From assembly GCA_035526585.1 (NCBI GenBank), contig DATLCC010000065.1, positions 11,581 through 75,580 of the forward strand: a stretch of DNA of 64,000 bases. The letters run 5' to 3'. This document shows, one piece after another, positions 47,224 through 59,600 of the stretch (its first letter is position 1; each line of letters begins with the position of its first letter). The stretch is from Thermoplasmatota archaeon (GTDB lineage: Archaea > Thermoplasmatota > SW-10-69-26 > JACQPN01 > JAJPHT01). The notes beneath the pieces were generated by a model. It worked only from the letters and a program-made list of their open reading frames with translations. It was not told the DNA's origin and did not search any database. Made by a program: the position numbers and the translations under genes.

Positions 47224-50200
47224 ATGCCTCGGCTCAAGGTACTGGGGAGGCTCACCCACGTGTCCAACCGCGCTGCTTCGTTCATCGTCCTCGCTCTCCT
47301 AGTGCCGCTTGCGGCTCCCTTCGTGCCCGGCGCGGGCGCGCTCCCTTCGACAGCGCCGCGGTACTCGACGTACGTGGGTCCGGACGAGAACCAGGTCTTC
47401 ACGGTCTTCATCGACTCGGGCGGCGAGCCGTCGATCGGCGTGGACTGGAGGACGGGGGAGATCCTCTACCAGCGCGGGTTCCACACGTTCCGCGCGGAGC
47501 TCCAGGACGACGGCGGCTCGGACTGGATCGACGTCTCGGCGCCCAACACACCGTTCAACATCGACCCGATGCTCTTCACCGACAGCGCTACGGGCCGTAC
47601 GTTCGCGGGTGGGCTGGATGGCATGTGCAGCTCGATGGCCATCACGGACGATGGCGGCCGCACGTGGATCCCCGCGGGGAACATGTGCGTCCCGACGCTC
47701 GACCACCAGACGATCGCGTCGGGCCCGTGGGCGGCGACGACGCTCCCCTCGTCGCCCGCGTTCGATCGCGCGACCTACTACTGCGCGCAGGCGTCCGCCG
47801 TCACGTGCATCACGAGCCAGGACGGCGGCCTCACGTGGGGCCCGCCCGTTCCCGTGACGTGCGGTTTCGTCGATCCCGGCTTCCACGGGAGCGTGCACGT
47901 GGGCCCGGATGGCAAGGTCTTCCTTCCATTCAAGAACTGCCAGGGCGGCGCGGGCGTCGCGGTGAGCGCCGACAACGGCCTCACGTGGACGTCCCACAAG
48001 GTCCCGAGCGCGGTGTACCCGGGTGCTGGGTTCGACCCCGATGTCGCCACGACCCCGAGCGGCTGGCTCTATCTCGGCTACGCGAACGGCGCGACGGGCG
48101 CGGCCACGGCCACGATGTCCAAGGACAACGGCACGACCTGGTCCACGCCCGTGGACGTCGGCGCGCCGCTGGGCGTCGTCGCGAGCACGTTCCACGAGAT
48201 GGTCGCCGGCGACGACGGGCGTGCCGCGCTCGCGTTCCTTGGCACGACCACCGCGGGCAACGGGTACGACCCGGCCTTCGCGGGCGTGTGGGACCTCTAC
48301 GTCGCGACCACCTACGACGCGGGCGCGACCTGGACGACGGTCAAGGCCAGCACGGACCCGGTGCAGCGCGGCTGGATCTGCGCGGGCGGCACGGGCTGCG
48401 CGACGGACGAGTCCGGCCACCGCAACATGCTCGACTTCATGGACGCGCAGGTGGACGCGCAGGGCCGCGTGCTCGTGGGGTATGCCGACGGCTGCACCGG
48501 CGAATGTGCGGGTCCCGCAGGCACGAGCGCGCAGTCCTTCCACAGCCAGGCCACGATCACGCGTCAGTCGAGCGGGCTCACGCTCTTCTCGGCGTTCGAC
48601 CCGTCGACGGGCGCGCTCTTTGCGACCGGCGGCGGACCGTACACGACGCAGGCCGGGAGCGCCGTCGCGCTCGATGGCGAGGCGGCCAACGGCGTCGCGC
48701 CCTACAGCTACTCGTGGAGCGTGCTGAGCCGGCCCGCGGGCTCGGCGGCCGGCGCCTCGTCGATCGCCGCCGCCGCGACCGCGGGCGCGAGCTTCACGCC
48801 CGACGTCGTCGGCGACTATCTGCTGCGCTTCGAAGCGCGCGACGCCTCGGGCGAGCGCGCCGTCGACGTCGTGAAGGTCACCGCCGCGAGCCTGCCGGGC
48901 GTCCCCGTCGCGACGTGCGGCGTCCCGCTCGCGAGCGACGCGGTGGGCGACTCGACCGCCGCGGGCGCGGGCTCCTCGCGTCGTGATATCACGAGCGTCT
49001 CCGCGAGCGACGCGCAGGGCATTTGGACGCTCTGCGTGAGCGTGGCGAGCATGGCGGAGGCGGCGACGGCGGGCTCCAAGTTCACGTTCTTCTGGGACGC
49101 GCCCTACGAGCTTCCTCTCATCACGTACTCCGCATCGGCCACAGTCACGGCGGGCGGCACCGTCGGCAGCGCCCAGTTCTCCAAGGGCGTCGCGGGCGTG
49201 ACCCTCGCGCAGCTGGGCGGCCCGGCCTCCGCGTCGCTCGATGGCGACACGCTGCGCATCACGCTCCCGCGCCCCGGCGTCGGCGGCCCGCAGGATGGCG
49301 AGAGCGCGACGAACCTCTTCGTGCGCGTGGAGAACACCGCGACGCCTACGACGACGTGGGACCGTGCGCCCGACGCGGGCGGGCTCGCGTACACGTTCGG
49401 CCACAATGCGCCCGACGCGGTCGCGCCCGCGCAGGTGACGGGCCTCGCCGGCGAGGACGCGCAGACGGGCGGCCTCGTGAACCTCTCGTGGGACGCCTCC
49501 AGCGACGACATCGGCGTGAAGGACTACGTCGTCCGCCGCTCGACGCTTGCGGGCGGCCCGTACCGGACGGTCGCGCTCGTCGAGGGCCTCGCGTTCCAGG
49601 ACGCCGGCCTCGTCGACGGGACCGCGTACTACTACGCCATCGGCGCGCGTGATGGCGCGGGCAACATCGGCCCGCTCTCGGCCGAGGTCGCCGTCACGCC
49701 CACCGGGCCCGGTGGTCCCGCGGGCGACACGAGCGCGCCCACGTCGCCCGGCTCGCTCGCGACGAGCGCGCTCGCGTCCACCTCGCTCACGCTCACCTGG
49801 CTCGCGGCCGACGATCCCGAGACGGGGATCGACCACTACGAGGTGTACAAGGACGGCGTACGCATCGCGCAGACGACGCTCCTCACGCAGTCCGTGGGAG
49901 GCCTCGCGCCCTCCACGAGCTACGACCTCGAGGTGCGCGCGGTGAACGGCGCCGGCCTCGTCGGCGCGGGCGCGACGTTGACCGTGACGACACCCGCGCG
50001 CCCGCCCGACTGCGGGCAGGCCGCGTCGCCGTTCACGCTCGCGACCGACGCGGGCGGCGACAGCGCGCGCGGCGACGGGCGCGCGGAGATCGTGCGCGTG
50101 GGCGTGAAGGAGACGTCCACGCGCATCGGGTTCTACGTGAGCCTCGCCGACGCGAGCACCCCCGCCCCGAACACGATGTTCCGCGTGTCCTGGCGCACCG

Positions 50201-50505
50201 ACGACCTGCACGGCTTCGCCCTCTACGTCCGGCTCACGGACGCGGGAGCGGCGCCGGCGGGCGTGTGGGTCGTGACGCCGGCGAACGAGGTGAACACGCT
50301 CCGGCAGCCCCAGTTCGGCCTCCAGTGCGACACGGTGTTCATCAGCGTCCAGAAGCAGGACCTGCTGAACCCCGCGCCTGGCGAGCTCCTCCGGGATCTG
50401 CGCGTGACGGCGTCCGTGGACACGACGAACCCGCCCGAGTCCCAGATCTATGATGCCGCTCCTGATACCGGGGGCGTCGATTACGTGATGGGGAGCGCGG
50501 CCTGA
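47224..50505 (+). CDS. secreted BNR/sialidase-like propeller protein with PKD-like region and two fibronectin type III domains (paralog 2, 1093 aa)
   Basis: Signal peptide. Asp-boxes TDDGGRTW, SQDGGLTW, SADNGLTW, SKDNGTTW. N-terminal 470 aa collinear with paralog 3. Confidence 0.7.
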   Translation: MPRLKVLGRLTHVSNRAASFIVLALLVPLAAPFVPGAGALPSTAPRYSTYVGPDENQVFTVFIDSGGEPSIGVDWRTGEILYQRGFHTFRAELQDDGGSDWIDVSAPNTPFNIDPMLFTDSATGRTFAGGLDGMCSSMAITDDGGRTWIPAGNMCVPTLDHQTIASGPWAATTLPSSPAFDRATYYCAQASAVTCITSQDGGLTWGPPVPVTCGFVDPGFHGSVHVGPDGKVFLPFKNCQGGAGVAVSADNGLTWTSHKVPSAVYPGAGFDPDVATTPSGWLYLGYANGATGAATATMSKDNGTTWSTPVDVGAPLGVVASTFHEMVAGDDGRAALAFLGTTTAGNGYDPAFAGVWDLYVATTYDAGATWTTVKASTDPVQRGWICAGGTGCATDESGHRNMLDFMDAQVDAQGRVLVGYADGCTGECAGPAGTSAQSFHSQATITRQSSGLTLFSAFDPSTGALFATGGGPYTTQAGSAVALDGEAANGVAPYSYSWSVLSRPAGSAAGASSIAAAATAGASFTPDVVGDYLLRFEARDASGERAVDVVKVTAASLPGVPVATCGVPLASDAVGDSTAAGAGSSRRDITSVSASDAQGIWTLCVSVASMAEAATAGSKFTFFWDAPYELPLITYSASATVTAGGTVGSAQFSKGVAGVTLAQLGGPASASLDGDTLRITLPRPGVGGPQDGESATNLFVRVENTATPTTTWDRAPDAGGLAYTFGHNAPDAVAPAQVTGLAGEDAQTGGLVNLSWDASSDDIGVKDYVVRRSTLAGGPYRTVALVEGLAFQDAGLVDGTAYYYAIGARDGAGNIGPLSAEVAVTPTGPGGPAGDTSAPTSPGSLATSALASTSLTLTWLAADDPETGIDHYEVYKDGVRIAQTTLLTQSVGGLAPSTSYDLEVRAVNGAGLVGAGATLTVTTPARPPDCGQAASPFTLATDAGGDSARGDGRAEIVRVGVKETSTRIGFYVSLADASTPAPNTMFRVSWRTDDLHGFALYVRLTDAGAAPAGVWVVTPANEVNTLRQPQFGLQCDTVFISVQKQDLLNPAPGELLRDLRVTASVDTTNPPESQIYDAAPDTGGVDYVMGSAA

Positions 50506-50694
50506 GGCGCCTGCCGCATCCAAGCCAAGCGCATACGGGCTCGCGGGAACTCTTATCCTCCGTCACCTGTTCGGCCGAGCCTGAGGCATCGGAGGCAGAG
50601 AGAGCCCTCCCCGTGTCCCTCCCCCCAGGTGACACGGACCGTTCAAGGCCGCTCGACGCGCCCCCGGTGCTGGAGCTTCAGGAGGCCCCACCCA

Positions 50695-53600
50695 GTGTCC
50701 GCTCGCCGTTTCGCATCCGTCGTCACGCTCGCGATGATCCTTCCCCTCGCGCTGCCCCTCGTCCCGACCGCGCTCGCCGTGACGGCGAGCCCGCCCGGAC
50801 CCACGCTTCCGGGCTTCGCGGTCTTCGCGGCCCCCTCGGGAGCCTTCCACGGCGGTGAGCCCACCGTCGGGATCAACTGGCAGACGGACGCCATGATGTA
50901 CCACTCGGCGACGACGACCTACAAGGTCGTCGCGAACCTCGCTGCGAGCCCGCCCACCGCTTCGTGGACGGACGTCAGCCCCCCGAACTCGATCGAGAAC
51001 ATCGACCCGATGCTCTTCACGGACGTCGGCACCGGCCGCACCTTCGCGGGCGGCCTGGACGGCGAGTGCAGCATCATGTCGTTCACGGAGAACGACGGCG
51101 CGGACTGGACGCCCGTGGGCAACATGTGCGCCGGCGCCATCGACCACCAGTCGATCGGCCAGGGCGCCTGGAAGGAGCCGCGCCCGATCGGCGCCACCTA
51201 CGACCGCGCCACCTACTACTGCGCCCAGGGCTGGGTCTCGTTCCCCCAGAACGCGTGCGCGACCTCGCTCGATGGCGGCCTCACCTTCCTCCCCCCCGTC
51301 ATGTGGGATGGCAACTGCTTCGGCCTCCACGGCCACGTGAACGTCTCCACCGTGACGGGCACGGCGTTCGTCCCGACGCGCACGTGCGGCGGCAAGGCCG
51401 GCATGGGCTGGAGCGACGACAACGGCGCCACCTGGCACGACAAGCAGATCGCGCCCACGAACTCCCCCTCGAACGGCTTCGATCCCTCCATCGGCGTCGC
51501 GAGCGGCGGCCGCGTCTGGTTCGCGTACGAGAGCTCCTCCTGGCTCCCCTACGTGGCCTACTCGGACGACGACGGCGCGAACTTCAACATCCTGGGCACG
51601 AACATCGGCGCGGACAAGGGCATCCAGACGGCGACCTTCATGCGCGCGATCGCCGGCGACAACGACCGCATCGCCGTCGCGTACCTCGGCTCCACGACCG
51701 ACGGGAACCCCTTCGTCGCCAACTGGCCCGGCGTCTGGGACCTCTACGTCTCCTTCTCGTACGACAGCGGCGCGACGTGGGAGACCGTGAAGGTCACGAG
51801 CGACCCCGTCCAGCGCGGCTGGATGTGCAGCGCCGGCCTCAGCTGCAACTCGGGCCGCAATCTCCTCGACTTCATGGGCAGCACCCTCGACGCGACCGGG
51901 CACGTCATCGTCGGCTTCCCCGACGGCTGCATCGGCGCGTGCGCGAGCGCCTTCGGCACCGCGTCGCAGTCCACGAACAACTGGCCCACCATCGCGCGCC
52001 AGGTCACCGGCAAGGGCCTCTTCGCGGCGTACGACCCGGTGAGCATCTCGCTTGCGCCCCTCACGGGCACCGCCGGCTCGCCCGCGACCCTCGCGGGCAC
52101 GGCGACGCTCTCGCAGCCCTACTCGCTCGTCATCAACTGGGGCGACGGCAGCACGCAGACCGTCTCCTCCCTCACCGACGCTGCGCTAAGCGTCGCGCAC
52201 ACCTACCTTGCGGCCGGCACGTACACCGTGACGGTCGACGGCACCGGCGCCTCGGGCGACGAGGCCTCCGGCAGCACGAGCGCGACCATCTCCGGCGGCC
52301 AGGGCCCCGGCAGCTCGGTCCTCATCGACGAGCCCGCCGCGCACGAGACCGTCGGCGCCGCCGTCCACGTCGTGGGCCGCGTCGTCGGCGACGGCAGCAA
52401 CCTGCCCCCGACCGCCGCGTTCAGCTTCGTCGTCAGCGGATCGAGCGTCGCCTTCGACGGCACGGGCTCCAGCGACCCCGAGAGCGGCGCGCTCGCGTAC
52501 GCCTGGGCCTTCGGCGACGCCGCGACCGGCGCCGGCGCGACCGCGAGCCACGCGTACGCGACGCCGGGCACGTACGACGTCTGCCTGACCGTCGCCGACG
52601 TCGGCGGCCTCACGGACGACGCGTGCGCCTCCGTCACGATCCAGGGCCAGGCGAGCGTGGACACGATCGCCGAGGACGCCGAGGGCGACGAGGCCGCGAA
52701 CAGCCTCAGCGGCTCCAACGTCCCCGCGATGGACATCCTCAAGCTCGAGATCACGAAGAACGCGGCGCAGGAGCCCGTCTTCATCCTGACCCTGAAGGAC
52801 CTGCAGACCGACCCGCCCGTCACGGAGGCCGCGAACGGCATCTACTGGGCGGTCGACTGGAGGTCCCCCGACAACGCGCACTCCTACGTGCAGTACAGCG
52901 TGACGACGACGGGCGCGGAGCCCACCGTCACGTGCGTCTACGGCATCATCACCGTCACGCAGGGGCAGAACATCCAGGAGAACGAAGGGACCACGACCTG
53001 CAGCACGACGCTTGGCCCGAACGGCAAGCTGTACCTCACGTACCCGTCCGCGGGCCTCGAGGCGCACGGATTCGAGGCCGACAGCACGCTCGGGAACGTC
53101 GTCGGCGCGGCCGGCACGGTCCTCGAGGTCCCGGAGGCCGCCTCCGGCTTCTTCGCGTACGACACGACGAGCGCCGCGGACCACCAGCTCCACGCGGGCG
53201 TCGCCCCCTGGCAGCTCATCGGCTCGCAGCCCGCGCACGTCGCGAAGGCCGCGCCCGCCACGCCGCCCGCGAACCCGCAGATCGTCGACAAGGTCAGCGA
53301 CCCCGTCGGCGACAACTCGCCCGTGGGCAACATCCAGAGCGCCTGGTTCGACGCGGACCCTGACAACCTCTACGTCGGCATGAAAGTGGCCGACATCCCC
53401 GCCGACTCCACCGCGACGGCCTTCACGTACTACTCGGTGAACTTCCAGCCCGCCTACGAGGTCGACGACCCCCAGTGGGGCGCGACCGGCACCGTCACGG
53501 GCCTGCGCGTCACCGCGCTCTACAGCCCCGTCGCCTTCGACAGCCTCCCCAGCGTCCCCCACACCGAGGACGCGACGAGCTTCGAGCTGCAGGTCCTCTC

Positions 53601-56600
53601 GATCAACCCGACGACGGGTGCCAGCAACTTCGGCACGCTTGGCGTCGTCACCGGCACGGTGGACCCGAACAGCGATATCATCTGGTGGGTCGTGCCCCGC
53701 ACGCTGCTCCAGAGCCCGCCCGGCGGCGCGCTCCTGGACACGACGAGCGCGGCCTCCGCGCCCGCGATCGCTGGCGCCGTCACCTTCGGCGGCGCGCTCG
53801 CCGACACGACCGGCACGGGCGACGCCTACTCCTTCCCGAGCGTCGTCGTGACGCCGCCCACCGTGACGCTCTCCGCGACGCCCGCCGCGGGCGCCGCGCC
53901 GCTCAGCGTCACGTTCGCGCCCACCGTCACGCCCGCCTCCATGGCGACGTGGAACCTCGACTTCGGCGACGGCACGCCCGACGCGACCGGCACGACGAGC
54001 TTCCCCGTCCTCTCGCACGTCTACGAGGGCGAGGGCAGCTATCACGCCGTCCTCACCGTGACCGCGCCCAACGGCGGCGTCGGCACCGGCGCGACGGACG
54101 TCACCGTCGGCAGCACGGAGCTCCCGCCCGTGCGCGTCACCGTCGCCGCCGGGAACCTTCCCGCCGTCGACGCCATCTGCGTCGCGAGCTGCAGCGACTG
54201 GAGCGCCGACCTCGACCTTGGCTCCCTCCCCGACGGCGAGGTCACCCTCACCGCGACGCTCCTCGTGAACGGCAACGTCGTCGACACGGACGCGACCGTG
54301 GTCGAGCTCGCGACCGCGACGAGCGCGATCACCATCGACGCGCCCGCCTCCGGCGCCACGATCGACGTCGGCACGACGCTCGACGTCGCGGGCCGCATCG
54401 TCGGCTCGACGAACCTCCCGCCGCAGGCGAGCCTCGCGGGCGACGTCGGCAGCGGCCTCGCGCCCCTCGACGTGACCTTCACGCTGGGCGGCGACGACGA
54501 CAGCGGCATCGCGGGCTGGCGCTTCAGCTCCGGCGACGGCCGCATCGTCGATGGCACCGCGATCCTGCCCCTCGAGATCCAGCACACGTACCAGACGCCG
54601 GGCACGTATCACCCGAGCTTCCGCGTCACCGACACGAACGGCGTCCAGGCCACGAGCACGGGCCAGGTCGTCGTGCAGGCCGAGAACCGCCTCCCGACGA
54701 CCCCCGCCTCGCCCGTCCCCGCGGACGCCGCGGCGAACGTGCCCGTGGGCGCGACGCTGAGCTGGGTCTCCACCGACCCCGACGCGACGCCGCTCACCGC
54801 CGACGTGTACCTCGACGCGGTCGACGGCACGACGCTCGTCGCGAGCGACCAGACCGGCGCGTACATGCCGGTGGGCCTCCTGCCCTCCACGACGTACTTC
54901 TGGCACGTGGACGTGAGCGACGGGATCGCCACCGTCGCCGGCCCGACCTGGAGCTTCACGACGGCCGCCCCCGTCCTCACGGAGGCGCAGAAGCCCCACG
55001 TCGTCGTCGCGCTCATCGACACCGGCACGAACCCGTACCACACGCAGTTCACGCGCGCCGGCCTCGTCGAGGACCCCTCGACCTACATCACGGGCCTCGC
55101 CTCCTCGCAGCTCAAGGAAGTGGACCTCTGCTTCTACGACGCCGCGACGAAGACGGTCGACCGCACGCGCTGCCCCAGCGGCTTCACGAGCGCCTGGCAG
55201 CAGGACGTCGCGAACGGCCGCTGGGCCGGCTTCGGCGTCTCGCCCCTCTCCGCGATCGGCGCGGGCCAGGGCAAGGTCGCGTGGTTCCCCGGCACGAACA
55301 TGATGGTCGTCTCGTTCGCGCACGACCCGAGCGTCGCCCCCGTGGGCGTCGACACCGGCGTCGGCCTCCCGCTTGACGCGGGAGACGCGCACGGCTCGTG
55401 GACGAGCTCCAACGTGGGTGGCCTCACGACCGGCACGTGCCCCGAGTGCATCGTCGTCATGATCGAGGCCGACTCGGTCGACGCGATCAGCGCCGGCTAC
55501 CGCTGGGCCGCGAACCAGCCGTGGATCGACGTCATCACGAGCAGCACGAGCGTCGGCCTCGTCGGCGCCGGCTGGAACCCCGGGGACTTCTTCGACACGA
55601 ACTCGCAGGCCGCGAAGACGACCGTCACGCGCGGCGGCCTCATGTTCGAGTCCTCGGGCAACGGCGTCGCGAACGCCGGCGTCGCCCCGACCTCGACCTA
55701 CCTCTACGGCAACAGCAACCCGTGGACCATCGCCGTCGGCTGCAGCGCCGACGGCACGGGCCAGCCCTGCGGCTACTCGGACTTCCCGAACCCCATCACG
55801 GCGAGCGGCGACGCGCGCATGAGCGCGAGCCCCGCGAGCATGAGCGGCACGGAGCCCGTCGGCGGCACGAGCTTCTCGAGCCCGAGCGCGGCCGGCGTCA
55901 CGGCGCGCGCGCTCTACGGCATCCGCGCCGCCGTCGGCGACACCGGCGAAGGCGCGAAGGCCACGGCGACGCACAGCCTCGTGCGCATCCCGAGCGGCTA
56001 CACGCTCCCCGCGCGCGGCCCGCTCGCGAACGGCGAGCTCACGCGCCTCGAGCTCGAAGAGGCGCTCTTCAAGACCGCGCGCCGCGGCATCGTCCCCAAG
56101 GTGCCCACGTACCTCACGCCCAACAGCGAGATCCCGCAGAGCCCCGTCTCCTTCGTCAAGGAAGGCTACGGCGACGTCTACCGCGGCGACTGGGGCGTCG
56201 GCCACGCGAGCGCCGAAGCCACGTGGGCGAGCACGGGCGACATCGTGAGCCACATCCTCACGCCGCCCGCGACGGGCGCCGTCTGGCCCAACCGCTTCAT
56301 CGAAGAGACGTGGTGGGAGACGGTCGTCGAGCCCACGCAGATCGCCCTCTTCGGCGGAGACGTCCCCGACACCGACGGCAACGACGGGTTCCCGATGAAC
56401 GCGGCCGGCGCCCAGGGCGGCCTGCAGGGCTACGCGGGCCCCGCGTTCGGCGTGAGCGCGCACGTCCCCGCCATCACGGACGCGAACGCGGACGTGCCGG
56501 TGGGCGTCGTGCCCTCGGCGAGCGCGAACCGCATCTACCTCCACCACGCGAACCTCGGCCCCGACCCCGCCGACCCCGTGAACGACCTGATCGAGTTCTA

Positions 56601-59600
56601 CATGAACACGATCGTCGACCCCGCGGGCGGCACGGACTGCAGCGGCACGGAAGGCTGCGCCGACCAGAGCGGCCTTGGCGGCACGGGCGGCGGCACGGCG
56701 GCGGCGACGCAGGTGTACGAGCTGAGCTACCCGCGCCTCGATGGCATCTCGCTCCTCGACCGCAGCAAGGACGCGCTCGTGCACATCGACGCGACCGGCT
56801 TCGCCGGCGCGCCCGCGAGCCCGCTCACGCTCCACGTCGCGCTGAAGACGGGCGAGTCGCTCGTCCTCGCGGGCGACGTGACGCGCTCGGGCACGGGCAC
56901 CTACGAGCTGCGCGGCAAGCCCCTCGTCGACAGCGTCTCCGACCCCGTGACGCTCACGATCGGCTGGGACGGCCCCGTCTACAGCTTCCACGTGAACTCG
57001 CAGGGCGCCTCGTACCTGGATCTCCCGATCCAGGCGACGCTCCCCCCGACGGACGCGGTCCCGGTCAAGTACTACGTCGACGACATCTCGACGTTCACCA
57101 CGAACGGCGGCAGCGTCTTCCTCACGCGCGACGCGACGAAGGTCGCCGGCGACGCGGACAAGGTGACGTTCTTCCCCTTCCCGCAGGTGGGCGGCGTGAA
57201 GCTCAACCTCGCTTCCGATGACGCGCTCGCGGCGAGCCAGGGCGTCCTCGCGGACGCGGGCGAGGCGCACATCTACATCTGCACGTCGTCCACCTCGCAG
57301 GGCGGCAGCCCCCGTGTGCCTCCGGGCGGCGCGGCGCAGTACACGGCCGCGCTCGCGCTCACGATCGGCAACATCCCGGTGGGCGGCGGCTCGGTCACGA
57401 CGACGATCGGCGGCACCGACAGCTCGACGAACTTCATCCCGCTGACGATCCCGCTGACCCTGCACACGGCGCTCTTCCCCGCGGACGCGCCCGTCACCGG
57501 CACGCTCACGCTGAACGGCCCCGGCGGCGTGTTCACCGAGAACATGGGCGTCTGCGGCGGCGGCGGCGCGCACCCCTGGAGCATCGAGTTCGCATACCAC
57601 GAGCTCGCGGCCCCGACGGCGACCATCGACGCTCCGGGCGGCGCGCTCAAGGGCATCGCCACCCTCACGGGCACGGCGAGCTTCCCCGCGGCGCCCGCTG
57701 CGGCGGACGTCAAGTGGTTCGCGCAGGACTTCGACGGCTGGGACACGCAGGTCGACTCGTTCACGATGGACACCGGCGGCCCCGGCGCGGCCTCGGGCGG
57801 ACCGCTCTTCGAGCCGACGCCCGGCGGCTACGTCCTCACGTTCAAGAGCGCGCGCCCCGTCGCACAGGACGCGCCGCGCCTCTCGAGCGCGGGCGTCGCC
57901 TCGGCGCACTTCTGGGTCCTCGGCGTCCCCGCGGCCCCTGACGTGACGGTCGACTTCAGCATCCTCCTCGAGAATGCGCAGGGCGGCCAGCGCCTCCTGG
58001 GCTCGGGCAGCGAGACGAAGCACGTCATGTCCGAGCTGGGCGCGGTCGCGCCCTTCGCCGAATCCGAGTACGTCGTGAGCTTCACCCCCGCGATCCTCGA
58101 GCCCGCGGCCGACGAGCGCCTCGTCATGATCGTGCGCGTCCACCACGCCACGATCGACGCGACGACCACCGGCGTGAGCTCGTTTGGCGGCGACGAGGCC
58201 GAGCCCATCTACGTGAGCCTCCCGAAGGACGTGAGCGCCGCGCCCACCGCGCAGGCGATCGACCTCGTCATCGGCCCGCTCGCGAAGACGGTGCCCGTCA
58301 CGAACGGCGCCTGGAGCACGACCATCGACACCGCGCAGCTCGCGAACGGCCAGCACGCCGCGCGCGCCACGCCGCACGCGGACTACGCGGGCGTCGTGCG
58401 CAGCGGCATCGCGGCGCTCCGCGGCGTCACGGTGAGCAACACGCAGGGCACGCTCAACACGCCGCCCGTCGCGGACCTCACCATCCCCGGCGCGAGCGGC
58501 GCCGCCCCGCTGCGCGTCGTCGCGCAGATCGCGGGCAGCGACGCCCAGACGCCCGCGGGCCAGCTCGCGTGGCGCCTCGACTGGGGCGACGGCAGCGCGC
58601 CGGCGAGCGGCACGGGCGTCCCCGCGACGGCCGTCCACACCTACGGCGTCGCCAACGCGGTCGCGCGCCTCACGGTCACGGACCTCGGCGGCGAGATCGG
58701 CTCCGACACGGCGCCCGTCTCCGCCTTCGAGGCGCCCCCCGTGCGCCGCGTGCTCGTCTCGCTGGGCGATGGCGACCTCATCGACGCGGTCGACGAAGCC
58801 GGTGACGGCTCGTTCAGCACGTGGTCCGCGAGCGTCCCCGCCAACGTGGCGGGCGACCTCGAGCTCGTCGCGCAGGAGCTGCGCGGCAGCGACGTCCGCT
58901 CCACGATGACGATCCCGCTCCACGTGATCGTCCCCGAGCTCCCCGACGTGCGCATCCTCTCGCCCGCAGACGGCGCGGTCGTCGCGCCTGGCACCCTCCT
59001 CAGCGGCACCGTCTCGTACGAGACGGGCCCCGTGGAGAGCGTCGTCGTCTACACGGCCACGGGCCCCGGCGTCCTTGCGACGAGCGGTGACGGCTTCGCC
59101 ACCTGGAGCGCGAACGTGGACGACCTGGGCCTCACCGAGGACTGGCCCTCGTACGTGCACGCGGTCGCCACGAGCGCGACGGGCAACGGCGAGGCCGCCG
59201 TCTCGCTGACGCTCAACGCGGCGCCCAACGCCGAGATCCGCGCGCCCTTCGCGCCGCTCGCCATGAGCGACGCGAGCTTCGAGGCCGTCTACGTCCCGTC
59301 CGCCACCGAGGCGCCCGTCGCGTCGTACGCGTGGAGCTTCGGCGACGGCGGGACGAGCACGGACGCGAACCCGACGCACGTCTTCGCGCACAGCGGCACC
59401 TACGAGCTCCTGCTCACGGTGACCGACACGAACGGCGCGAGCGGCTCCGCGGCGAGCTTCGTCTACGTGCTCAACAACGCGCCCATCGTCACGCTCGACG
59501 TCGACGTCGCCGAGCCCACGGTGCAGGACACCGTGACGTTCACCTCGACGGCGGACGACATCGACGGCACGATCGAGAGCCTCCGCATCTCCGTCTACGA

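Noticed and set aside
52186-59391. 2401-aa minus-strand ORF
   Set aside because: It is antisense to the giant + strand gene. The translation is Arg/Ala/Gly/Asp-rich with no domain signal, a typical high-GC stop-codon-poor antisense frame.
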